From the NCBI GenBank assembly GCA_964016885.1, contig OZ024740.1, forward strand, positions 353,586,001 through 353,650,000: DNA of 64,000 bases, written 5' to 3'. This stretch comes from Eledone cirrhosa. Taxonomy: Eukaryota. Below the pieces are notes generated by a model, which searched no databases, was not told where the DNA came from, and saw only the letters and a list, made by a program, of their open reading frames with translations. The position numbers and the translations under genes were made by a program. Below, piece by piece: positions 1-12,014 of the stretch (position 1 is the stretch's first letter; every line of letters starts with the position of its first letter).

Positions 1-59
<59 letters not shown>

Positions 60-174
60 GCAGAGTAATTCGTGGTAGCAGGGATGGTCAGTAAGAATGT
101 GTCTGAAAGCAATGGGTATTTTAGCATGTCAAAAGATATTTTTCAGCTTTTGTCTTATACGGAGAAGTGCGCGC

Positions 175-265
<91 letters not shown>

Positions 266-413
266 GGTGGACCAGTATTTTTTTCCCCCTGGTAAAATGG
301 TGTACATTATTCGATTTTTTCAGTAAAATCGGTTCTCTTAATAGAACATCAAAAATCTTAACAATAAAAGGTGTGAAATGATATTCACTATATATATATA
401 CACATACATATAT

Positions 414-500
<87 letters not shown>
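1..500. repeat. Microsatellite cluster: (GT)n at 1-56 and ~177-264, (TA)n at ~418-500
   Basis: Pure dinucleotide runs read directly from the sequence. Confidence 0.95.
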
Positions 501-501
<1 letters not shown>

Positions 502-509
<8 letters not shown>

Positions 510-1551
510 TTTTTTTGTGTTGCACCATAGAGCATGTGTGTTTACGTATGTCATTGTGTTTATATGTGGGTAGAGATGTGTGCTGATATAGGTATGTATG
601 TTGACGTGTGTATGTTGTGAGTTCGTCTTAGGGAGAAGTGTTTAGACGGGGTCCGTATTTGTTAATGAAGTAAGATTCCTTGCTGATGTGCTGGGTGTGG
701 GTGGCATTATCTTTAAATTTGTAGAGGTGAAAGATTCTGAAGTTGGGATGATTTTGGGCGGCACAGGTATCAATGTGTTCCCTCAGTGGTATTTTCCTGT
801 ATTCCCGTATTTTAATTTGGGATCTATGGACAGTCATACGTTGGCGGAGGCTGTCTTTGGTCTGGCCTATGTATTGTTCTCGACAACCTGAGCAAGTTAA
901 TACATATATTAGATTTTCCGATGCACATGTGAAATTGTGTTTTACTATAAAACGTTGTCCATCTTTGAAATAGAATTCCGAACCCTCTATTAGGTTGAGG
1001 CAAATGCCACAGTTGGGTCTATCGCATTTTTTTACTGTGGTTTTCGTTGTTGTGGTTGGCAGTACTTTGGCATGTGTTAGGATGTTTTTCATTGACTTGG
1101 ATTGTCTTTTGCTCTTTATGATATCGTGTGTTCGTAGAATTTGGTTCATTCTATGGTTCTTTTTCAACACAGGGATGTTCTGGAGGATGGTGTCAAAGGC
1201 CTCATTGTTGAGAGGGTTGTGTGTGGAGATGTATGGAAGAGATTTTAGTTTCGGTTGATTTACTTTAGGGTGTCTAAGGTCCTGGGTACTGAGTTTTAGG
1301 GCACGTTGGATTCCATTGTCAATTAGTGATGCAGGGTAGTCCCTGCCTATGAGTGTGTCCTTTAGTTCTTGTAGCCGTAAGTAGCAGATGTTTTTATTGG
1401 AGACTATAGTACAGATTCTCTTGGCTAAGTTGTAGGGAATATTAATTTTAACGTGTCTAGGGTGGCAAGAGTTGAAGGGGAGATATTGCTTGGAGTCTGT
1501 GGGCTTGTAGTATATGTCTGTTTCTATTTTTTTGTTATGGATCTTAATGAG
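502..1551 (-). mobile_element. 5'-truncated Penelope-like element (PLE): RT C-terminus, GIY-YIG endonuclease and 3' region ending in (TA)n
   Basis: The minus frame is open from ~1551 to the stop at 628. It reads IKIHNKKIETDIYYKPTDSKQYLPFNSCHP (PLE RT C-terminus), then the Cys motif KKCDRPNCGICL and the GIY-YIG motif NLIYVLTCSGCREQYIGQT..LRQRMTVHRS. The RT core is absent upstream. Confidence 0.9.
628..1551 (-). pseudogene. PLE RT-thumb + GIY-YIG coding fragment (no true start codon)
   Basis: Track ORF 628..1170 extends stop-free to ~1551 by manual translation. Confidence 0.85.
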
Positions 1552-1933
1552 GAGCCTTGGCGCAAAATCAATTTTTTACATTCACATGACCTCTACCGAC
1601 CAATCAAAATTGTTTTGACCACAAGAATTTTTGCAACACCAAAGTAACGCTGGAGCCACTTTTTTAACATAAAAACAGGTAGAATTCCCAAAACTAATCA
1701 GATCAGAGCAAACAACACGGACACTCTATCTCAAAATTATTTTTGAAAAGCATTTAGAAATGCGCAACCGGTAAAAACTTAAAAACTTAAAACCACAACT
1801 GAATACTAACCCATACAATCACTAATACTCTTTTATTCCTAATTAAACCATTTTTCGACTGTGAACAATTTGTCAGCATTTTCTATTCCGTTTACCAATA
1901 TATAATAACTTGTGTGTTACACCTCTATTCTTT

Positions 1934-2009
<76 letters not shown>

Positions 2010-2256
2010 CAAGGTTTAGCAAATAATGAAAAAGTTTCAAAATAAAATTTAAAAAATTAACTTTACTTACTATAGTTACCTTTACCGAATCGGTTTCGAA
2101 TCTCAAAAATAAACGGAGACCATACGGCCTTCGTTGCAAAGAAAGATTCTCGGCGATGAATTAGTTTTGCGAGGATTTTGATATGAAATCGTGTGTCGAT
2201 TGTTCTGTTATTAATTCTGGGAATATTATTACACAAATATGACCCTCCCTAAGTAT

Positions 2257-2292
<36 letters not shown>

Positions 2293-2296
<4 letters not shown>

Positions 2297-2389
2297 GGCT
2301 TCTACAGGACTAGAACTGTTTCATTCGGGAGAAATCACCAAGAAGCCCTTATCCCGAATGAAACAGTTCTAGTCCTGTAGAAGCCATTT
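2293..2389. repeat. Perfect 38-bp inverted repeat with a 21-nt loop, between (TA)n tracts
   Basis: 2293-2330 AAATGGCTTCTACAGGACTAGAACTGTTTCATTCGGGA is the exact reverse complement of 2352-2389. Confidence 0.9.
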
Positions 2390-2466
2390 CTATATTAAAT
2401 ATTTTACTCTGCTATGTATTGCGTACCTTAGTTACTGTGGTTACCCCCGATTGAACCCGGGATAAA

Positions 2467-2546
<80 letters not shown>

Positions 2547-2554
2547 ATATTTAT

Positions 2555-2707
2555 ATTAGATATAGAGAGGGGAATAATTTGATGTTAATTGCTATAGAGA
2601 TGGATATTGGAAGAGTGTTCCGTATAGTAGATATAGAGAAGGGGGAGAGTTTGGTGCTAATTGATATAGAGAGAGGGGTTGGGAGAGAGTGTTGTATGGT
2701 AGATATA
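2555..2707 (+). repeat. Left part of a degenerate GATATAGAGAG-containing minisatellite (~35/70-bp units), interrupted by the Tx1 element
   Basis: Recurrent GATATAGAGAGGGG...GAGAGTT motif; the same motif resumes at ~7505. Confidence 0.7.
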
Positions 2708-2948
2708 AATTTCTATTTATTTGCCACCAGGGCATCAAAGATTGGGACAAATACAAAGGGGGGAGTTTTCATACATTTAAAAAGACGTGTAAAAAACATA
2801 TAACAAATTAAATTTAACAATCGATGTCCTCAATAGGGAGGGGCATTGACATGGGTCGCACACACCCCCGAAAAAATGTGCAACCCTCCTCTTCAGGAGC
2901 ACAAAGAGCGGATGCTTCCTTCCTCTTCTCATTCTTCTCCTCTCTCAC

Positions 2949-5900
2949 CTACAGGCTGATATAGAGAGAAGGCCCATTCACTCGGGCCATTCTCGCTACT
3001 TTCACCCATCTTTCATAAAACTTGCTGGGGTAGAGCACCTCTCTCTCAATTCTGATCCTTCTTCTAAAGTGGTACTTGAAAAAAAAGACCAGTTGTTGGC
3101 CGGAGAGAAAGGTGTCTGACCTCAGCCCTTTCAACCTTGTCCACCATACAACTTCTTTCGCCATGGCTATCACACAGAGGAAAACCGCCTCTCCTTCGTT
3201 TTTGAAAGGGGGAGGCGGTTTGATCGTGACAATATTCTCGGTGGTCAACCGGATTGGTCCCACCGGCGACAGTAGTCGTTCTACATAGCTCCACAGGTCA
3301 GCAACGCCCGGGCAGTGTACGAATGCGTGTGTGACGGTTTCCTCGTCACGCACGCATCTTGGACAGATCTTCTTCGAGGGGTCCCTACCCGGGCGCCCGT
3401 GTCTGTAGAGCTTGTCCCGAACGGGTAGAGCTCCTCGGTAACATTGCCAAGCCAGGGACTTTTGGAAGTTGTCCATCGGTCCCGGGCCAAACGTCCTACC
3501 GAACAGACTGGCCAGCTGGTCTTCCTCCATGCCCAGAGCCTCTCCGAGAGCATCATCGCACTTACTGCGCACCAACCCTCTATAGAATGTTGAGGTTAAG
3601 TCTCCACTGATTGCCGGATCCGCTTGCCAGAGGGCCGTGAGCGCCTGGGCACATTCAATGTGCCAGTCGCCCACTTTTCTCGGTCTTTGCTTGACCCAGG
3701 ATTGCAGCTCGGTGAGTAAGATGAGTCTCGGAAAGGCTCGCCTCACAAACAGGGCCCACACCGGCTGACCGGTGAGGAATACCTGGAGGTGCCGTAGCCT
3801 TAATGCGTGTCTACGCATCGTCAGCCACGGCATCCCCAGCCCTCCGTTCGAAGGGTCTTGACAGCAGATGGATCTTCTCACCAAAGGAGCCCGCTTCTTC
3901 CAAAGAAATCGGAAGAGCGCGCGCTCCATTTTGGCGAGTGTTTTCTCTGGGCAAGGCACGACGGTCAAGCGGTAGTAGATGACGGACGCTATATAAGCGT
4001 TCGCCACCTCCGCTCGACCTTTCAGGGATAGTTTGCACTCGGCTCACTTATGGGCGAGTGCAAAGACCTTGCCCGTTACCTCGTCCCAGTTTTTCTCCAC
4101 CTGGAGGTCCGGTCCGAACCAGACCCCGAGAAGCTTCACCGGTCCCTCCGTCCAGCGTCCGACGATGCCGTCGGAGGGCATCGTTTTGCCCCTCTACGTC
4201 CCGAGTTGCAAACCGACGGACTTGTCCCGGTTCAGCTTGGCTCCTGTGAACCTTTCATATTCCTCCAGTAAGGTGTCGATCTGCCCGATTTCCGAGGCGC
4301 ACGACACCATTATTGTCACGTCATCGGCGTAGGCCGACACCGCTTTCCGCAATCCCGGTTCCAAGGGGATGCCCTGCAACAGCTCCAGCTTCCGCAGTAG
4401 TGGCTCGAGAGCCAGCACATACAGGAGGGAGGAGAGAGGGCATCCCTGTCGAATGGATCGCGTGATTTGGAACGGCTCCAAGAGGTAACCGTTCACCTTG
4501 ACCCTCGAGGAGGTGTTGCTGCTGTGCATTGCAGCAATCCAGCCCCTCAAAACGGGTCCGAAGCCTGCCGCTGCGGGCACCGCATCCAGGTACCGATGGT
4601 CAACCCTATCGAACGCCTTAGATTGATCCAAGTTGATCAGGGCCCCACCAAAGCCGGGTTCGTTCCCTACCCTCTCTACGATGTATCGCATGAGGTGGAG
4701 GTTGTCGTGTATAGACCTGGACGGGATTGCGCATGTCTGCGCTTCTCCCACCAGGTTCCCGACGACAAGCGCCAACCTCTTCGCTAACACCTTGGCCAAA
4801 ATCTTTAACTCGGTGTTTAGCAGAGTTATGGGCCTGAAGTTATCTATGTCATCCCCCTTGTTCTCGTCCTTCCTCACCAGCGTGACTACGCCCTTGGTCA
4901 CAGAACTGGGAATTCTCCCGTTCTGTTGCCAGTTGCAGTAGGCCGCCTCGAGGAGACTGGAGAACAAGCCCGGCATCGCTACATAAAGTTCGTATGGTAG
5001 ACCAACGAGACCCGGAGATTTGCCTTTGCCGCATTGGCTCAGCGCTTCCCCTATTTCAGCGGCTGAAATCGGCCTCTCGCACTACTTCGCCTCCCCGTCC
5101 GAGAGCCGCGCGAGACCGTCGAGGTATGGACCGAAATCCATGGCCCCACCCGGCCCGCCGCCCCTCCCGAACAGTCGTGCAAAGCGCCGTTGAAAGGCCG
5201 CGTTCATCCGCTCAGTTTCAAGGATCACGCGTCCATCCTGGTCCTTCAAAGACCGAATCGTGGACTTGTTTCCACTTTTTGCCTCTGTCACTCGGGCCCA
5301 GCTAACAGCTTTGGCTCCTTCGTTACCCAGAGCACGTATTTTACTCCTGACAACGCAGCCCTCGTGCTTCGCATCAAAGAACTGGTCTAGGGCCGTTCTT
5401 GACGCCAGCACGCCGGCCACGTTGCCACTCCTAATCGCCTTTTCTACTCTATTTGTTAATTCCCTTTCAGTTCTATTCCTATCTGATGCTAATTCCCGAC
5501 TAAAACCTATCGATTCTATTCTAATTTCTCTCTTGAGAGAGCCCCACCACCTGTTGTTGACAATTGCCGCCGTAAAACGCTGCTTAACTAGTGTGCTAAT
5601 CCGCTTACTGTAAGCTTTGTTTGTCGGTAAAGACAAGTTTAGCTTCCAGTAACCGGGTCCCTGTCTATGAGTTCTATCAAGGTTGACCACTCCGGTCACC
5701 AACTTGTGATCCGAATAGTCAACCATGAACATTCGTGGACAGCTTAATATGTCCCTATCCTTATTTCTAACTAGGAACCTATCTAGGTACGACCTAGATG
5801 TTCCGCTGCGATTACTCCACATCCACCGTGGCGCAGTCGGAAAATCTAGTCGATTTCTATAGGCCAGATCAAATCGGCCGATTAATCGTTTGAGGTTGTT

Positions 5901-6385
5901 ACACCCCCTCTATCGGGACATGCCTCTACATAATCCCAACGTGCATCCAGGATACCATTCCAGTCCCCCACTAAAAGCAAGGAGCGAGACGTTCCCAGGA
6001 AATTCTCTAGGCGTCGGAAGAAGTCCGGTCGCGGTGTCCCAGATGGGGCATACGCTGCCACCAGCCTGAAAGCTCCACCTTCACCACTGCCGACGTCTAA
6101 AACCACCAGTTGACCCTCCGGGTCCAGGTGTACCTTCTGTGTGGCAAGACCCAGGTATTTTCGTAGCAGAACGACAACCCCACCCCCACCCCTCGGCTGA
6201 CAGAGAGATGCGTAGATCTCAAAGTCGCCGAAGATGGGGGCCAGTTGGCGCTCGCTGCTGATCCCGGACTCGCAAATAACCATTACATCCACTCTGTGCG
6301 ACCTGAGGTCATTTAAGAGTTTGCCCTGTTTCCAGGACATCCCCAAGCCGCGTGCATTCACACATCCAACACTTATATTGGCCAT
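2949..6385 (-). pseudogene. Tx1 ORF2 (APE endonuclease + reverse transcriptase), broken by stops and frameshifts
   Basis: Colinear ORF pieces 5882..6385, 5082..5822, 4194..4976 and 2949..4007 in the expected domain order. Confidence 0.9.
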
Positions 6386-7310
6386 GTTGGTGCTGAAGAG
6401 TTAAAAAGGAAGAGGAAAGGAAGTTACTTACCTCTTCGCGTTGTGGGATATTCGCTATTCGTTCTGGGCTCATTTGCACCAGAACTTCTACGGTGGTCCC
6501 ACCAAATACACCTCCGGAGGACTTTCCTATTGAAATTATCTTGTCTTCGTCAAAGTCAATGATTCCACATAGTATCCACCAAATATTTACATTTGGTGTG
6601 ATACTCATTATTTTTATTCTTTGTGTCCTTTTTCCCTTGTATGTGGGGACAAAGGTGAAGCGGGGGGACACAATGGGTGATACCGAGTACTTTTGAACTG
6701 TTGACTGGTTGTTCATTAGCACCGAAATGCTACCAAACAGTTTACCTTCTTGTATGAAGGTTAAGTCCTTCATTGCATCTTTTAGAACCAGCTCAATTTC
6801 ATTTTGTGATAATTGAGCTGGTTTTCTTGTTTCGTTCGAAATTGTCCTGAAAACCACAGTTTTCAGGACAGCCTCTCTACGTAATTTCTGTGGAGAATTG
6901 ATGCTAAAAGCACCGTTTTCGCCAAAAGTCACGAATTGTTTTGCGTTTTGTAATAGTTGTTTAGCATTTGTTATGTCTATTGGCGTGTATAGTTCGTTTT
7001 TTTTTACAGTCTGTGCGAATGTTGTTTTGGTGTTGTTGTCTTTTTTGTTGCTGTCAGTGTTGGTAATATTGTTCATGTTTTCCTTGGTGTTGCTATTGTT
7101 GCATTTGTTGGTTGTGGTGTTATTGTCATTGTTCTTGTTGTTGGTGCTGGTATTATTTACCGGGTTTGGTTTCGTGGTTTCGATATTTTTCACGTTTTTC
7201 GATGATGCGAGGGGGGAAGGCTGCAAGCTTTGTACTCCTACCTTCCCTCCACCACTTTTTTTAGTGGGCGTGGCACTCACGACAGTGTGCGAGGTGGTAA
7301 TGGCATCCAT
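6309..7310 (-). CDS. Tx1 ORF1 (Asn/Thr-rich N-terminus; no zinc knuckle, probably internally deleted)
   Basis: Open frame upstream of ORF2. First ATG at 7310 (MDAITT...). Overlaps the ORF2 start at 6385 in a different frame. Confidence 0.65.
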   Translation of the reverse strand: MDAITTSHTVVSATPTKKSGGGKVGVQSLQPSPLASSKNVKNIETTKPNPVNNTSTNNKNNDNNTTTNKCNNSNTKENMNNITNTDSNKKDNNTKTTFAQTVKKNELYTPIDITNAKQLLQNAKQFVTFGENGAFSINSPQKLRREAVLKTVVFRTISNETRKPAQLSQNEIELVLKDAMKDLTFIQEGKLFGSISVLMNNQSTVQKYSVSPIVSPRFTFVPTYKGKRTQRIKIMSITPNVNIWWILCGIIDFDEDKIISIGKSSGGVFGGTTVEVLVQMSPERIANIPQREEVSNFLSSSFLTLQHQHGQYKCWMCECTRLGDVLETGQTLK

Positions 7311-7504
7311 TGGCACCAAGTCTACAGTTTTGAGATGAAAATTGAAAATTTCGCCCCAGAAAGGGGCGAAAATTATTTGACTCAACGTCTGACGGCACAG
7401 GCAAGGGGTTAAACTAAACAATGTTATTAAATTGAGCAATAAACTCAGTTTTTTTGACAATAATCCGTAAAAATCCGGAGCGAAGTAAATCACGTCTATA
7501 TCAA

Positions 7505-8000
7505 GTGGTAATTGATATAGAGAGGTGGATTGGAAGAGAGTTCCGTATAATAAATATAGAGAGGGGGAGAGTTTGGGGTTAACTTATATAGAGAGGGGTA
7601 TTGGAAGAGAGTTCCGTGAAGTAGATATAGAGAGGGGGAGAGTTTGGTGTTAATTGATATAAAGAGGGGGATTGGAAGACAGTACCGTGTAGTAAAACAG
7701 AGAGGAGAAGAGTTTGGTGGTTGTAGATATACAGAGAGGGACAATGGGAGAATGTCGTGTAGTAGATATAGAGAGAGTGAGAGTTTAGAGGTGATTAATA
7801 TACAGAGGGGCATTGGGAGATCTAAGTGTAGATATTTATTGAGACTGAGAAAATGTATTAGTCTTAGATATAGGGAGTGGGATAAGAGAGTCGGTGTCAT
7901 GGTAGATATAGAGAGGTATAGAGATATTGAGTTTGGTTTTAGCAGATACAGAGAGAGGTATTAAAAGAGAGTTTTGTGTGATGGACATAGAGAGGAAGAG
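7505..8000 (+). repeat. Right part of the GATATAGAGAG minisatellite
   Basis: Repeated GATATAGAGAGGGGGAGAGTTTGG / ATTGGAAGAGAGTTCCGT units that decay rightwards. Confidence 0.75.
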
Positions 8001-8214
8001 AGTTTGTTGGCACTCTCGGGTCCCAAATAATAGGAGGGATGTGCTCCAAATTTACCAATGATGGTCAACGCGTAATAAACTTTGCCAAAAAGTTCCCGCT
8101 TCTATGAAAAACATCGATAAAACTAAATACATGCTGTAACCCTCTCTCTTACACGATTAATCCCTCTCTCTACTACCCTCAAAAATCGATGAAAGTACAT
8201 ACATGTTGAAACTT

Positions 8215-8351
8215 TCTTTAAAAGGTTCATCTCTCCCTCTACTCACCTCTCAATCTCCTCTGCAACTCTCTTTAAAAGGTTCATCTCTCCCTCTACTCCC
8301 CTCTCAATCTCCTCTGCAACTCTCTTTAAAAGGTTAATCCCTCCCTCTACT
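8215..8351 (+). repeat. 54-bp tandem repeat, ~2.5 copies
   Basis: AAAGGT recurs at 8221, 8275 and 8329 with near-identical intervening sequence. Confidence 0.85.
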
Positions 8352-9090
8352 ACCATATCACCATTACAGTTTACAACAACGACAAAACTTCGTTCAGGAA
8401 CGCGACATAAACTTTGAAAACTAAGCAACACATCAAAATTTACAACAACAAACATAGCCATAACGACGCTCATACATCAAATAACAAAACTTAAAAAGCC
8501 GATAAAACTAAATACATGCTCCTCTCTCACAATTACATTTTACACCATTACATTTTACATCAAATAACAAATATTCAAAAGCAACAGATGAATTTATACA
8601 ACAACAAACGTAGTCATAACGACGCTTAAGCATTTATTTACTTGAATCTCAACAAAGACATTATATTTTATTGTTGTCCTTTTTGTAATTTGTTTCTTTG
8701 TTTTTAGCATATGAGACAAAAAAAATAATGAGAAAACTTTTTTCAGGAACGTCCGATTTTGATGATTTTTTTTTCTAGTGGGCTCTAAATTATCGCCCTT
8801 GTTTACGCTCTTTTGTGCTATAACTCAGAAGGGCTTGGCTTACAGGTTTGACCTACTATTTGACGTGCATTCTTCATACAACTTACTTAGTATCACTTTC
8901 CACTTATTCACTGCTCAATTGAAATTTTTCGCTACCACACATAATTTGACACTACGGTATCCCCCCCCCCCCCCCAAAAAAAAAGACCACGACTTAGTCG
9001 CCAAACTAAAGCTGCTTCTGTATTTACTTTCTTTGCCTCAATAATCATAATTGAGTGGAATCATTAAGAGTACTTTAAAGCAATTAAATT

Positions 9091-9117
9091 CCGAGCAACG
9101 CCGGGCACTTCTGCTAG
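9091..9117 (+). mobile_element. 3' terminus of a Helitron-like non-autonomous element (5' end not resolved)
   Basis: CCGAGCAACGCCGGG subterminal motif followed by CTAG|T. The same terminus occurs at ~42668-42696 and, inverted, at ~42815-42843. Confidence 0.6.
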
Positions 9118-9394
9118 TATATAATGTTTTTTTTTTAGATGTAAAATGAAATAATTATTAGATTCTCCAGCTTCTGTATCATTATGAATCACTTACAACA
9201 AAATTTCGCCGGAGGTAGATTAGCAAAATTTAATAAGCGGGTGGAATAAAATCCTGGGGTGGGGTGGGCGGTGGGGTGGAAAAAATCTGACAAATTAATA
9301 AGCGGGCGGTGGGGACGATTATTCAAAACCTGAGAGTGCGTGAATTATTGACAGACGTAAGAATGAAAACTCAATACCAAAGTAAACTTTAAAT

Positions 9395-9528
9395 ATTCAT
9401 TTATTATGGCTAAGCCTTGTTACTGTGGAGTTTCACCTGGGCACTCACCAGACAAGACTGGTGATCCTATGAGTGCGCAGGTGAAACTTTACAGTAACAA
9501 AGCTCACCAATAGCCATAATAAATGAAT
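9395..9528. repeat. Long imperfect inverted repeat containing a hammerhead-like motif
   Basis: Outer arms 9395-9412 / 9511-9528 are perfect. Inner arms 9413-9447 / 9470-9504 have 4 mismatches in 35 nt. Loop is 22 nt. Confidence 0.8.
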
Positions 9529-10834
9529 GTATATAGATATACATATATATGTAGGAGATGAATAAATTGGGGATGATACCAGTTTCTTACCAAATGCAAA
9601 GAAGCTCGATATATTAATCCCTTAGGAAAGGACACATAGCATGATTTAAAAAAAAATAATACATATACAGTGGCGGTGGAACTGGGGGGATGGGTGGGCA
9701 TACCTCCTTCCAATAATTTTATTTTCTTCCCAAACTACCAAAACACATATCTATTTGGATATGCGCTACAATTTATGTACCTTATGTTTATATCTTATCG
9801 AAGTCTTCCGACCATTTTAGAGTGCAAAAAGCTAAAGTAATCACAACTAAATTGTCCAAATTTGGTCCCACCAATTCAGAAATGCTTTCTCCGGATATAT
9901 TTTATTTGATATTTTATATTTTCTTCGTTACATAACCTAAATGTAATGATTTCCTGTGGATGTATTTACTAAATGTATAAATAAACCTGGACAAGGACGG
10001 GTATATTAGTGAAGATGATGGAATTCTTTGATGTTCAAGGGTTAGAGAAGGGAAATTGCTATTACGAGGGATCAAAATCAGATTGCAATATCGCCTTCAG
10101 ATTATTGGTTTCTTTTGAATAGTTAAGAGCAATTGAAAGATTATCAGTTTTATTAGTGACATGATTGTAATATAACAGTTTCAATTAACCGAAAAGTAGA
10201 TTTTTCTTTAATGCTCGTTTGAACAATCTAACTCTGCAAAATAATGTTTAATCCGATGTTTAACGTAGCTGCGTAATGAATGTAACCCATATGTTATTTA
10301 CGCAGTTCATGCTTCATTCACATCTTTAAATATTATCACATAATCCACAAGATAAATTTGTTGATCGTACAGGCAAGTTATGCTCCTACTTGTGATAATT
10401 CCAATATTATATGACAATCAAGAACAAGTCATAGGGCAGTTGCGTAGCATTCGTAGATTTAATATTTATTCATTGATCATTCATTGTCTTCATGTTTTTC
10501 TTTCTTCTTATTTTTCTCTTTGTTTCGAAACTCAGTGATGTGAGAATGTCAAGAATACAGGAACTGTGACAATGGAATATTTCTAGGGTTTCTATGTCAC
10601 ATAGATTTGGTGTTTAATATCGGCTTAGACATGTTTCCTCTGATATACTGGTTGCATGTTCATTCTGTCGTATCAGTTTATTTATGCCGTATTGTCCAAC
10701 TAAATGAATGAGGCACGTTATTGGTATTATGTCGTCATTGCTCTCTGAAGCACACAAACTCATTCCGGTCACTTGTTAACTAAAATACGCTCATGCTAGC
10801 AATCATGGACGTGTGCATGTGTGCATATATGAAT

Positions 10835-11002
10835 ATGTGTTTGTTTGTGTGTGCGTGTGCGTGTGTGTGTGTGTGTATGAATATGTGTTGTGTGTGTGTA
10901 TGAATACCTGTTTGTGTTGTTATTTCTGTTTAACTTTTACACACACACATATATATATATAAAAGCATATATATACAGTATGTATATATATATATATACA
11001 CA

Positions 11003-11059
<57 letters not shown>

Positions 11060-11084
11060 GCACACACATATATATAAGCATATA

Positions 11085-11173
<89 letters not shown>

Positions 11174-11339
11174 CATATATATATTGGTTTGTATACATGT
11201 GTTTACATAAGTGTTTCATATGCCCATTGTTTGTATGTGTGAACATATTTGCACAATGAATGATATACATAAATCTGTGTGGTTACATGTATATATGTAT
11301 CTCTCTCTCTTTACACACACACACACATATATATGCATG

Positions 11340-11406
<67 letters not shown>

Positions 11407-11412
11407 GTGTAA

Positions 11413-11455
<43 letters not shown>

Positions 11456-11540
11456 CGTGTGAGTGTGCGTGTATGTGAGTATACATATATGTGTGCGTGT
11501 GTGTGTGAGGAGGTTTATATGTATGTGTGTATGCGCGTAT
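10835..11540. repeat. Compound (GT)n/(TA)n/(TC)n/(CA)n microsatellite region
   Basis: Read directly from the sequence. Confidence 0.95.
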
Positions 11541-12014
11541 GCGGTGTTATCCACGCGGAGGCCGTTTAATCTACTGTAACAGCCAAATCTTGTTAAAATC
11601 GTAAGTTAAAGTTTAGAGGAGGTGGATGAGGGGGAGTAGGAGTAGTAGGAGGGAGGAGGAAACATTGACTAATGCAATCGTAGACACAAGATTGCTTAGA
11701 ACAAAATGGAGTAGTTACGGATGGAAATACTTTCATTATAGGTCAGCTTAATCAATGGTGAACTGTGGCCAAACTACACATAGAAATACATTGTATATGT
11801 GGGGCGTATGGCGTTGTGTGTGGTGTGTATGGCGTTGTGTATGTGTGTATGTGTGGTGTGTATGTGTGGTGTGTATGTGTTGTGTATGTGTTGTGTGTGT
11901 GTATGTGTTGTGAGTAGTGTATATGTGTTGTGTGCGTGGTGTGTATGTGTATGTGTGTGGTGTGTATGCGTATGCGTGGTGAGTATGTTGTATGCGTGTT
12001 GTGTATTAGTATGT

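Larger units (their letters stand above)
2708..7496 (-). mobile_element. Near full-length Tx1/L1-clade non-LTR retrotransposon (ORF1 + disrupted ORF2 APE-RT-CCHC)
   Basis: ORF2 pieces carry APE motifs (CVNARGL, AAYAP, VGDWN, YLDRFLV, SDH), RT motifs (NFRPITLLN, LDQSKAFDRVDH, RQGCPLS, AYADD) and a C-terminal CPRC..ETVTHAFVHC. The 3' UTR ends AATAAATAGAAATT. Confidence 0.92.

Noticed and set aside
72-535. VC-, YI- and RE-repeat ORFs here and at 10890-11569, 39871-40581 and 41419-41719
   Set aside because: Translations of dinucleotide microsatellites.
9205-9340. G-rich tract as a G-quadruplex or regulatory element, and 9668-9895 as a PIF-like MITE
   Set aside because: Probably old DNA-transposon debris, but no matching pair of termini or TSD could be established.
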